Under the pieces are notes generated by a model that was given only the letters and a program-made list of their open reading frames with translations, ran no database searches and was not told the origin of the DNA. A DNA stretch of 64,000 nucleotides from Lama glama (Eukaryota): the NCBI GenBank assembly GCA_028534125.1, contig CM052816.1, forward strand, positions 8,806,001 to 8,870,000. Direction: 5' to 3'. This document shows positions 13,276 to 23,400 of this stretch, piece after piece. The first letter of the stretch is position 1. Each line of letters starts with the position of its first letter. The position numbers were made by a program, and so were the translations under genes.

Positions 13276-13641
13276 ATAGTCACAGAACACAGGAGGAACC
13301 ACTTTGATTTCACTGAAGGCTTGTTTTACCCTCTCCGCCTGGGGAAGTCACAGGGATAGCCCTACCTGCCAGGCCAGGCCAAATGGGAGAAAGGGGGCAA
13401 GGGCAGGTAACAAGTGTAAACAGAGACTTGATTTGACCCAGCTCCACAACTTATTAGCTGTGTGATCTTAGGCAGTTCTCTTACCTCTCTGGGCCTTGGC
13501 TGCCTCGTCTGAAAAGGAGTAAATGACAGAACCTACCTCACTGGGTTGTAGTGAGGATTGAATGAGACAGTGCCTGTGAAAGTGTTTAGTACAGTGCTCT
13601 GTAAGTTGTAAATACTCAGTGAGTGGAAGATAGTATTATTT

Positions 13642-13760
13642 TTGGTGAGGGGGAGGTAATTAGGTTTTTAAATTATTTTTTTAGAGGAGGTACTGGGGAT
13701 CGAACCTAGGACCTTGTGCATGCTAAGCATGCACTCTACCACTTGAGCTCTACCCTCCCC
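13642..13760 (-). mobile_element. tRNA-Ala-derived SINE (Vic-1-like) with target-site duplication
   Basis: Minus strand reads GGGGAGGGTAGAGCTCAAGTGGTAGAGTGCATGCTTAGCATGCACAAGGTCCTAGGTTCGATCCCCAGTACCTCC plus an A-rich tail. TSD ATAGTATTATTT at 13630-13641 and 13767-13778. Confidence 0.85.
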
Positions 13761-14964
13761 ACAAAAATAGTATTATTTGGAGCAAATCAGATTTCTTCTT
13801 GGTCAGGTTGGCTCCAGTCTCTGTGGATGAGGAGGAGGGGGAGCTCATACTTCATAAACATCTTCAATGTGGCCTCTTAGGAAGACATGTGTGGGAGCCA
13901 CCTGGTCTGTGGGAATGTGGTGATCAGACCCCAAGGTGAGGATCCTGGAGCCATGGTTCTTACTGTCTCTACCAACTTCATGAAAAGCACTAGGTTTGTT
14001 TAAAGTTCTAGTGTTGCACCTGGACCACTTCAGGTCTCTGGCATTTAATCAGTTAACGTTTTCCATGTCTATTTAGATGGTCTTCCTTTTTTTAAAAAAT
14101 TTTTTCTGTTTTTACTTTTGGCTAAGGAATTGGCACAAGCCAGTGAACTTGGAATCAGTTCTGGCTCAGCCTTATGCTGTCTGGATGATCTCGGGCTAGT
14201 CACTTCACCTCTCTGAACCTCACCATCCCACTGACCTTCAGGAGCTTTGCAGTTGAAGCCAGGTGCTGCAAATTAAAGTAAGTTATGGAGGCAATATTTG
14301 TAATGAGGTGATGAATGGGGCTTAAGCAGTCACTGGCTCAGAAGGGCCTGGGGCGGCAAAAGGAATCTCAGCACGTGCTTGCGTGCGTATGTGTGTATAT
14401 GTGTGTCTAGAAGTGAGCCCTACTGTTCCTGGACTGGGTGGAGGCAGGCATCACCACAAGAGGGCACTCTAAGCTTTTTTGTCTTCTCCACCTCAATGGA
14501 AACATTTTTCATTTTTCTGTGGCTGCATTCCAAATCAAAAGAACACTTGTGTTTTTTTAGTTTACCTAACTAATTTAGTAAACTTTTAAAAATAAATTCA
14601 TGTACATTTATTCGTTTATTGATAATAATTGATTTGATACTTGTGACCCCTACTGCTTGGCATGCTGGGAAGTGGGGTGGGGTGGAGGCAGAACACATGC
14701 TTCACCGTGTCCTGGTTCAACCACTGCTCAGCTGAGTGCCTGGACACATTTCCCAAGAGCAGGACAGTGGTGAACTTCCAATTCCAGACTCACAGGATGT
14801 TACGAAATGGAGAAAATGGAAAGAAAAGCAACTTAAAGGTCAAGAATACAGTCCGCAACCCTCTTACCTCCAGCACATGGCCTTCCACTTGACCTCATGC
14901 TGTGCTTGAGCCAAAGCCCCATAGGGACAATTCTGGGGTGGGAAGGAGGCGAATCCAGCTGTTG

Positions 14965-15052
14965 AACCATGACCTCAAGAACAGTATTTCCAGGAATCCC
15001 CATCTTAGCATCTAAGGGATTCCTGGGAAAACTGGACCGTGAGGACAAGGTG
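14965..15052 (-). ncRNA. MIR145: pre-miR-145 hairpin (mature miR-145-5p at 15037-15015)
   Basis: Reverse complement reads CACCTTGTCCTCACGGTCCAGTTTTCCCAGGAATCCCTTAGATGCTAAGATGGGGATTCCTGGAAATACTGTTCTTGAGGTCATGGTT. It contains mature GUCCAGUUUUCCCAGGAAUCCCU with complementary arms. Confidence 0.99.
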
Positions 15053-15683
15053 AGAGAGTGGCCGTCAGCACCAAGGCCCTGCCATGTCCCCAAGGACCAG
15101 CTGGAGTTTTCTTCTGCATCCAGCCCCATCTGCAGAAGCCAGCGTGGGTGCCATGTATCTCGGGATGTGGATGAGATTGCTCCGGGAGTAGTAGTGACTG
15201 GAACTTCAAGTGTCCTGGAAAGTACCTTCCCTGTAGTCAAAGGCCATGTTGTCAACTAGAAACCATCTGGTAACTCCCCCCACCCCCACCTCCCCATGAT
15301 TGCCATGGGTCCTGTGTATTCCTGAGTCTTCAGCCAGAGGGAGGGTTTCACTCTAAACTAACTGGACAAATCTGGTTCCAAGTCTCTGTTTGGCAATTTC
15401 CTTGCTGGCGATCTACAGCAAGTCACTTAACCTCAGCTTTCCCCAACTATAAAATGGGACAGTATAGGACCTACGGGATAAAGTGAGATAAATAAAGTTA
15501 TGGGGAAAGAGGAGTAGGAGGAAGGAAGTCCATAGGATTGATGGAAAGTGTTTGGGTCTGTCTTTGCTAAAAGTGACCCAAGATATAAGGACAAGACCGG
15601 AGCAGGATTTGTTATGTTCTCCTCCTGCTCCCCCATCCCCAGGTTCCTAAGTCACATGTAGTCGGTAAGAATATGGATCTGAA

Positions 15684-15772
15684 GGGGGAGTATAGCTCAG
15701 TGGTACAGTGCATGCTTAGCACTCATGAGGTCCTGGGTTCAATCCCCAGTATCCCCACTTAAAAAAAAAAAA
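15684..15772 (+). mobile_element. tRNA-Ala-derived SINE (short Vic-1-like) with poly(A) tail and TSD
   Basis: Reads GGGGGAGTATAGCTCAGTGGTACAGTGCATGCTTAGCACTCATGAGGTCCTGGGTTCAATCCCCAG plus an A-run. Flanked by AAGAATATGGATCTGAAGG and AAGAATGTAGATCTGAAGG. Confidence 0.85.
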
Positions 15773-16500
15773 GAATGTAGATCTGAAGGCAGATAGATTA
15801 GGCTACAACTCTGGCTCAACACAGTCAATGTGTGATCTTGGGTGAGTTACCTAACAGCCTCAGTTTTCTTATCTGGAAAATGGGTCAGTAACACTGCCCA
15901 CCTCCCAAACTTGTTAAAAAATAAAACAAAATTGTGCTTAGCCCAGTAATTTTCCTGTGCTGCTCCTTGCTTATTTGAAGCCCCTGAGAGAGGTGAGGTA
16001 TTTGGGAGATGCCTGGATTAGTTTAGGCAATACCTCAAAGAGTGAAGAACCTAACTCAAAGCCCAGGACTTTTGTCTTTAGCACTGAAAGGATTTTTAGG
16101 AATTGTCCAATGCACAGATGATGACTGGGTTTCAGCTTTGAAACTGGGTTCTAGCTCTCTAGAACTTAGTGTTGAGAAGGATTCTGAAGCAACTGAATGC
16201 TTCAAGAGAGGATGCCTTGACTGATTAGTAGTGTCCACCCTGGGTTCAGAAAGAGAAAGCAGAGTCAGGGTGCTGAGTAATAGCCACCAGTGAGTGCTGC
16301 AACACCTCGTTTTACAGCTGGGCAAACTGGGGTACACAGAGGAGTCGGCACTTGCCCAGAATCACAAAGCAGATCGTGGCACAGGTAGAACTTGAGTCCA
16401 GGAACTTCCTCAGCTGACAAGATGGAGACTGAAAACATTCCCGTCCTTTCCTGGTGCCTGCAAGCACCTCTACCACTTACCGCTTCCAGGCTGCTGGCCG

Positions 16501-16606
16501 GCCGCAGAACAACTTCTCCCTTCCTGAGCTACAGTGCTTCATCTCAGACTCCCAACTGACCAGAGATGCAGCACTGCACCTCAGGCTGGGAGACAGGGCG
16601 CCACGC
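16501..16606 (-). ncRNA. MIR143: pre-miR-143 hairpin (5p 16580-16559; mature 3p 16546-16526)
   Basis: Minus strand contains GGTGCAGTGCTGCATCTCTGGT, a loop, then TGAGATGAAGCACTGTAGCTC. It lies about 1.45 kb upstream of miR-145, as in the known bicistronic cluster. Confidence 0.99.
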
Positions 16607-16797
16607 TGCTCTGTGCGGGGGGCTGATGGCAGGGAGTCCATCCTAGGCAGGAGAACGGGCGTTAGAGGGGCCTCAGCTCCACCCTCCAGCTCTTGCTCCA
16701 GAAACTGCTGTAACTACCCAGGATGTGTTTCCTGTCCTCAGCCTGGTACTTGAGCCCTCTGGAACCAAGCCTCAACCTTCCTTTTCTTTGTTTGTTT

Positions 16798-17050
16798 CTT
16801 TTTTTAAAAAACAGTTTTATTGAGCTATAATTCACCTAGTTAAAATGTACAATTAAATGGTTTTTAATCCATTCACAAAGTGGTGTCACCATCACCACAG
16901 TCCATGTTAGAACATTTCATTGCTCCAAAAGAACCCTCTCACCAAATAACCCCTCCCAGCCTCCCATCACCTGCTGTCTCTGTGGAGCTGCCTATTCTAG
17001 ACATATCAGTAAATAGAGCCAGCCAACAGGACAGTGTACCTTTTTGACCC
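16798..17050 (-). mobile_element. L1 3' fragment (reverse)
   Basis: CAGTTTTATTGAGCTATAATTCAC...CACCATCACCACAGTCCATGTTAGAACATTT...TGCCTATTCTAGACAT. Confidence 0.6.
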
Positions 17051-19132
17051 CACATTCTATCTTTATGCTTGATGCATCCCAGCCAAAGAGCACATTCATG
17101 GTACTTTATATTTTAATCAGCAAATGTTTGCTTCAGTCTCCTACCTGGTCTCCCTGCTTCTACTCCCAGTAATTTCCCAGCCATCCTCACACAGTGATAT
17201 CTCAAAATGCAAATATGCCTATGTCTCACCCAGGCTTAAGATGCTGAAAGGTCTCCCATTGCTCTCTGGCTAAATTCTGAAACCCTCACCAAAAGCTACG
17301 AGGTCCACTCCATCTGGCCTCTTCCTCTTGGCCCCTTGCCCCCTTTCTCCTCCAGGGAGCCCTGTGCCCCCCACCTCAGGGCTCCCAGGTACCAAACTGC
17401 TCCCCATGATTCTCCTGCCTGTCTCCTCTGGGTGGGCTGAGTCTCTACTCAAATGGCCTCTTCTTCTGGGAAGCCCTCTCTGAGTCCCTCAGACACCAGG
17501 AGACCTTGGTCCATGTCCGTACACATTCTGTGCCCTCTTCCTAATCCTTTACCACACTTGTGATGGTAGACATATAATATACATTGTCTGAGTGGCTGAA
17601 TCGTATTCTTCGATCACATTCTCTCCAGTGTCAAAGCTATTTGCATCTGGGTCTGACTTGGGGTAAATCTCCAGTTCCCTGAGGATAGTACCCACACTTG
17701 TTAATGGTGAGGTCCCTTGGCCTTGTGGAGACCTTTGTACGTGATAGTGGGCCCCAGAGAATGCCACTTGGTGGATGATTGGCCATGTAAATATTTCATT
17801 TTCCTCTCAGGACATGGCTTGGGTGGGAAACTCTGAGTGGGCAGGCAGAGCCCTGTCTACACTTCTCCTGCCCTACCAAGATCTCAGGGCACCCCCAGAG
17901 GACCCTCCTGCATTGCTGATGCCATCTGTGGTGGCCTTAATGCTGGATGACATATACTGCCATCTTGGCAGCCTTTTCTCCGGTTAGGAGAGAGCAGGAA
18001 AACATATATCTCCTTACAAAATAGTGTCTCTTAGGCCTCTGGCAGAAATTTGAAATCAGGCCCCTATCTGAAGAGTGTTTTCCTCTGGTCTGCCACTTGG
18101 GGCAGATCAGGCCCAGTGGCCTGCTGAGAGGGACAGCCCCTTCCTGAGGTATTCCCACCCAAAGAACTGCCTTCCTCTAATATGGTAATTCTTGCATAGG
18201 AACTCTTTCCAAACTTCATTTGGCTGGGGAGTGATTCCAACATCAGGATCCACCTTGAGGGCTCCTGGGCAGGCCACAGCCTGTCTAGTCCGCTCTCAGA
18301 TGTCTCCCACTAGCCCTGCAGAGAAAACACTTGTCTTGGCCAACATGGAGCTTTCAGTAAGAAGCTGGGGAGGGTTGTCCTGAAAAAGCGATCATTTGCT
18401 GCTGGGAGGCAAGCTGGTAAGGCCAGCCTCCTGCATTCCTTGGTGTGGGACTCTTTGCAAAGGTCTTTCTCCTGACCACCCTTGGCATCCTAAATGCAGC
18501 ACAACAAGGGGAGCAAGCGATTTTGCGGAGTATGTGGCCTGAGTGCTAACTTTGGAAGACTGCTTGCAGGCCTTCTGCTTCCCTGGGGAAGAGAGCCTCA
18601 GTTGGGTGCTATCCTGTCTCTGACACTTTTCTGGCTCCTGTCTGTCTCCTTCAGGCCCAGGGTCTTGCAAGCCACAGTACCAGGGGAAAGAGTAAGAACA
18701 CTGTTGCACTTCTACGGTCTTTAGTCTTAACTGTATTATTTCCTAATCATGGATAGTGTTCTAGTTTCCCTTTTACAGTAGCCATTTATACTTAGGTATT
18801 AAAAAGGACTCATCTTAAATTTTAAAATATTGTAATTGCTTGCAGATACGGCAAAAATAAGAAAAGGGGCACCTGAGCGCCTGCCTTTTGAAAAACTGCC
18901 CCTCACATTTCATCTGCACAACAGCTGGGCGGTCGGTTGTTTGGCAGGGGAACCTTATCACCTCCACATAGAAGGCCAGGAAGGGGAGGAGACAGTTCCA
19001 GGTCACAGCCTGGCCTGAACCAGGGGAATGGACGGCTATTTCCAGCACACCCCACTGGACTCAGAATATTGCCGCAAAGATAGCAGCTCTCCTGGGTGTA
19101 GAAACAGGAAGTGGATGGGAGGCAGTCTCACG

Positions 19133-19350
19133 CTCCTGTGGGAAACTCTTTCACGGGGACAGGGGTTGAGACCTTTGACTGGGGAAGGTATTTGCCTCCA
19201 TATCCTTGGCTATAGGCTGCTTAGTTCTGTTCTTTTGTATCTCCTGTGGGAAACTCTTTCACGGGGACAGGGGTTGAGACCTTTGACTGGGGAAGGTATT
19301 TGCCTCCATATCCTTGGCTATAGGCTGCTTAGTTCTGTTCTTTTGTATCT
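19133..19350. repeat. Perfect 108-bp tandem duplication
   Basis: Copy 1 at 19133-19240 and copy 2 at 19241-19348, with CT microhomology at the junction. Confidence 0.95.
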
Positions 19351-20395
19351 AGAAAAATCATAGTGATGCTGATGGTAATAAGAATTGTCATTTATTGAAT
19401 GTTTTAATTGTGCTAATCCTCATGCATCCCCAAGGTTCCATAGGCAGGGGATTTTCCAAGGGCATGGAGCTAGGAGCCCAGCTGGGATTCCTAGCAGAAC
19501 AGCTGACCCAGGACCCTTATTTTTAAACTCCATGCTGCATGTCTCATCCACTGACTGACTTACCAGTTCTCTGGGACTGGGGACAGGGTCTAAGCATTTC
19601 ACCTGTCCTTTCAGCAAACCGAGTGCTTCTTCTGTGTGCCAAGGGGAGACAGGCCTGAATCTGATGTGATCCTTACCCTGGAGGAGAGCAGTACTGAGGT
19701 AGAAGGAAAATGCCCCTGGCAAGGTGCATGACACCAGTTGCACAACAGAGAGCCTGAGAAAGGACTGCCAAGGGCTTAGAGGACAAAGAGGTTCTCGCCC
19801 CTGGGGGGCTTGGGAGGGCATCCTGGAGGAGGAGGTGGTGCAGCTGGATTGGGAGGAGGCCAGAAGTGCAGGAAGAGTTTCCTCCTGGTTCCCTGGCCCC
19901 AGGCACCCTTCCCTAGAGTCTTGCGTGCCAGCTGGGCAGGCAGGCTGCATTAGCCCTGATCCCCGGTCTCCTTCCAATGAGACCTCACTAAGAAGGCGGT
20001 GGATGGCTCTCCTGTTCCACTTACCCCGTGAGAGGCTCCTTCTCACTCTGGGTCTCCAGTTAGCAGGGGGGTCACTCGGAAGACTTCTCACGAGCCCTTC
20101 TCCTCTCTGTTGCTCCATTTCTCTTTCTGTCGAAGGAGGCAGTTGAATGGGTGGCTTCAGCGTCTGACCTGGCAGAATATTACCTGCCTCTGGCTGTCTG
20201 CAGTTGTGGGGGCTGCTGCCCGAGGAGGGGCTGTTTTCCCTCTCTGTTCCCCACTGTCTTCAGGAAATGTCGCTTAGCTGGGGGGACCTCTGTCTTCTGC
20301 CGGGAAGCTCTGGGGAGGCTGGGAAGGAGAAAATAAACAGTGGCTGTCTGGATTTTCTCGCCAGGCCTGAGAGAGGAGACCTTCCTGACTCCTTT

Positions 20396-20405
20396 CCTTA
20401 TATGG
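20396..20405. promoter_or_regulatory. CArG box (SRF/myocardin site), probable upstream miR-143/145 smooth/cardiac muscle enhancer
   Basis: Perfect CCTTATATGG (CCATATAAGG on minus), about 3.8 kb upstream of miR-143, matching the position of the known SRF-dependent enhancer. FOX-like AAATAAACA at about 20331 and NKX-like CACTTA at 20018-20023 are nearby. Confidence 0.8.
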
Positions 20406-23400
20406 CCAGGCTGCTCGGGCTGGGAGCCTGCTGCTGTGTGCCCCCACCCTCCAGCTTGAGTGAGGGCTGGGGGCCACCGTTGGTCACCTGGGACTCTGGT
20501 ACTGCACAGGCCAGAGCAGGGCTATAGGTGGAGGGCAGGACCCAGGATATGTCCCAGTAGTCGCCTGTACAACCTGGACAACTGTCGTGGCCTCTGGGCT
20601 GTGTAGGGTGGAGCAGGTGGGGAGGATTTATACTGGGGTAAGGGGGTGGGGTGGGGGGAAGGGATCTATCTGGTTTTGTCTTAACCCCTAACTCATAATG
20701 TGACCCTGGTCAAGCCCTTTCCCTTTTCATGCCCTTGTTTCCCCCTGTGTCAAAATGGGCATGGGAAACACGAATTGATCCACCCATTCAGTCCCATAAG
20801 GTGGGAGCTGTTGCAACTCCATTTTACAGAAGGGAAAACAGGCTTCAAGAGGCTAAGGAACTGGACCACAGCTATCTAACTAAAAAGGGAGCAAGGCTGG
20901 ATTTGAACTTGGGGCTACCTGACTTCAAGTTCTGTGTTCTAAATGGACTGATTGCTAAGGTGCCTCTTGGTGATAATCTGCAACCACTCATGTATGCCTC
21001 ATGGAAAAGGGATTCTGCTGGGGCTGCTCCCCCAGAGGACCAGGGGGCTCCAGTCCCAATGACCCAGCTCAAAGGCGACTGTTATGTAAAGCAGTGGGGG
21101 CAGAGGCTGTAAGTCATTCACATTGGTTCCCCAGGGCCCCACATAGGGCCCGGCAGAGACTCAGGGCTTAGGAAAGGAAGGTTGTGGTTTCACAATGAAT
21201 GAACCTCAGTAGTCACATCTGTACTATGGGCACAATCTCCTAACTCCCAGGCACATTCTGAGGATTAAACAAAACTGGATAAGAAAGCGCTGAGATGCCA
21301 CCTTTACGATGGTGTTGTCTTTCTGTTCACAAATTCCTTTTTCCCTCTAAAGTACCCACGTACTTTTCAGCCCCAGGCCACTGTCTCTTGAGCTGACCAG
21401 TCCCTTCTCAGCCCAGCTGTGAGACTGAGTGATGAGGGGTAGATCTGTCGCGCCCTGAGCTCTGGGCTCTGGCAGCAGTGACCGTGGGAAGGGCTGCAGG
21501 AGGGGAGGGTGGGAGGGGAGCTGGGGGTGGGTTGCTGGGAACAGCTCAGAAATGAGCCTCGCACAAGCATGAACATCCTGTGTGCTCTTGAGCTAATCCT
21601 GGAACCTCCCTCAGCCCATCCATCATCATGGCATCCTCTCAGACCCCGGCCCCTTCCTGGGGCCCAGGGGGCGGGGCAAGGGGGCTGAGGACCGACTGTC
21701 CTGTCAGCGTGGTGAGAGACCGCAGCTGGCAGCTCTGTAGGCCTGCTCAGTGTCGGAGCCCGACAGCGCGGGGGAGGAGGCGCCTGCAGCCCTCCTAATC
21801 CAATTTGTTTGGGCCCAATCTTCAAGGCTCATTTGCTAGTGAATGAGGGCCGGGTGCGTGTGCTGTGCTGGGGCGCACGTTTGCACACACGTGTGGTGCA
21901 TGCAGAGATGAACAGGTGTGATTTGTTATATAAACCAGGCCTGGGCCTCGCCTCATGTCCCTGGCGTGTCTGCTCCTTGTCGGAGGCTTGCCTCCCATGC
22001 TCACTTCCAAATCTTCCTCCTCTTTTTCCATCCTCATGAGATCTGGTGCCAGAATGCCTCTCTGCAATTGACTGTCTGCTTGACTCTGCATGGAGTTCCT
22101 TCACCTCCCTGGGCCTCAGTTTTTCCACCTGTCTTTTGGAGTTGGTCCCTTATCCTGTCTGTTCCACTAACAACTGGTAGGTGGGGAAGAAGGTAACGGA
22201 CAGTAAGAACAACTGCTACTGTTTCTATAGCTTTACCATGTTCCAAGCACTGTGCACCTGGGCACACACCACCCCACGTCTAGCTGCTTCAAGAGTATGA
22301 CCCAATTTACTCCTTTCCAGGGAAAATTACCATCCCCCTCCACGGCTCCTTCAAATCCTTTGTTCTTCATAGAGCTCAGTCTCTGCGTTGTTTGTTTGTA
22401 GGGAGCATAGGGTGGATTCTTGGCTCCTGGTGGGTTTTCCTTTCTTTGGTTCCATTTTTTTTTTCACCTACAACCCAGGCCGTATGGTCCCGACTTGCTT
22501 GCACCCCATCAATCAGCAGGGCCTTCCTTCAACTCTTCCTTTCTGAGGCCTGGTTTCTTGGTCATTCTGAGTGTTGGGATGGGGAGATTATCCTGAGGCA
22601 TAGGGTTATTGCAGGAGTGTATGTGCCGATGAGCAGAGGTGGGGAGCACTCACAGTTCTGTGTCCAGGGCCCCTGCTGCCAGCCCTCCTTGGGTCCACAG
22701 GAGGCCCCTCTCTGGGGTGCTTGTTCCTTTAGCATCAGGGATGCAGGGGTGGCTTCCACCAGTCAGTGCCCTTGCCTGAAAGGAACAAAGATAACCCCTA
22801 TCAGAGGATTCTGGGGGGCCCTGTGACCAGAGCCCTGGTCTTCATGGGGCCTGACTGAGCTGCCGGGCCCTGAGGAATTGAGATGAGTCTGGGCTGCTGC
22901 TGCGTCCTCAGAAGCCTTGGGCTGAGCCTGCTGATATTTTCCAGACCTCAGGGAGGCTGTTTCTCGGGCCCTCGGCCACCATTATCTCTGCTGTGCTTGC
23001 CTGTCTTTCATAGGGGGTCTTCTGAGTAGCTCTAAGTTCCAAGAGCAGAAGTGGCCACCTTCCCTTCCCAGCACACCCAGGCGCCATCAGCGAAAGAACA
23101 GGTTTGGAAGGAAATTTCCTGGAGGCCCCTCTGACCAATGGCCCCCAACTCTAGCTTCATACATGGAAAAGGAACTATTTAGGGGTAGATGGAAATCTGA
23201 GATTAACACAGTGGCCAAGGATGAAGGGACAGCCCTAGGTCTGCCAGTGACCAATTCCAGCTGCACAAGGCTTTCAGCCTGCAAATGCTGCCTCCTGTAA
23301 CTCAAGGAACACTCACAACTACAGCCAGAGGTAGGAATGACTTCCCTGCTTACTGAGGTTCAAAGAGGCTCTGCAGTGTACCCAGGTCAACCCCTGGCAA

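Noticed and set aside
14833..15255. 140-aa minus-strand ORF across pre-miR-145 as a pri-miRNA-encoded peptide
   Set aside because: It starts at a non-ATG codon (TTG), has no recognisable domain, and its length is compatible with chance in GC-rich DNA.
15684..15760. Functional tRNA-Ala(AGC) gene
   Set aside because: The stems are degenerate, and the poly(A) tail and target-site duplication indicate a retroposed SINE. The same applies to the copy at 13642-13760.
19133..19350. CRISPR-like or other prokaryotic repeat system
   Set aside because: Only two adjacent copies with no spacers, in clearly mammalian DNA. No prokaryotic features were seen in the window.
19420..20118. 232-aa ORF (and similar ORFs at 33681-34421, 25882-26475, 34669-35229, 5874-6395)
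   Set aside because: No family resemblance, low-complexity or repeat-derived composition, and no consistent exon structure.
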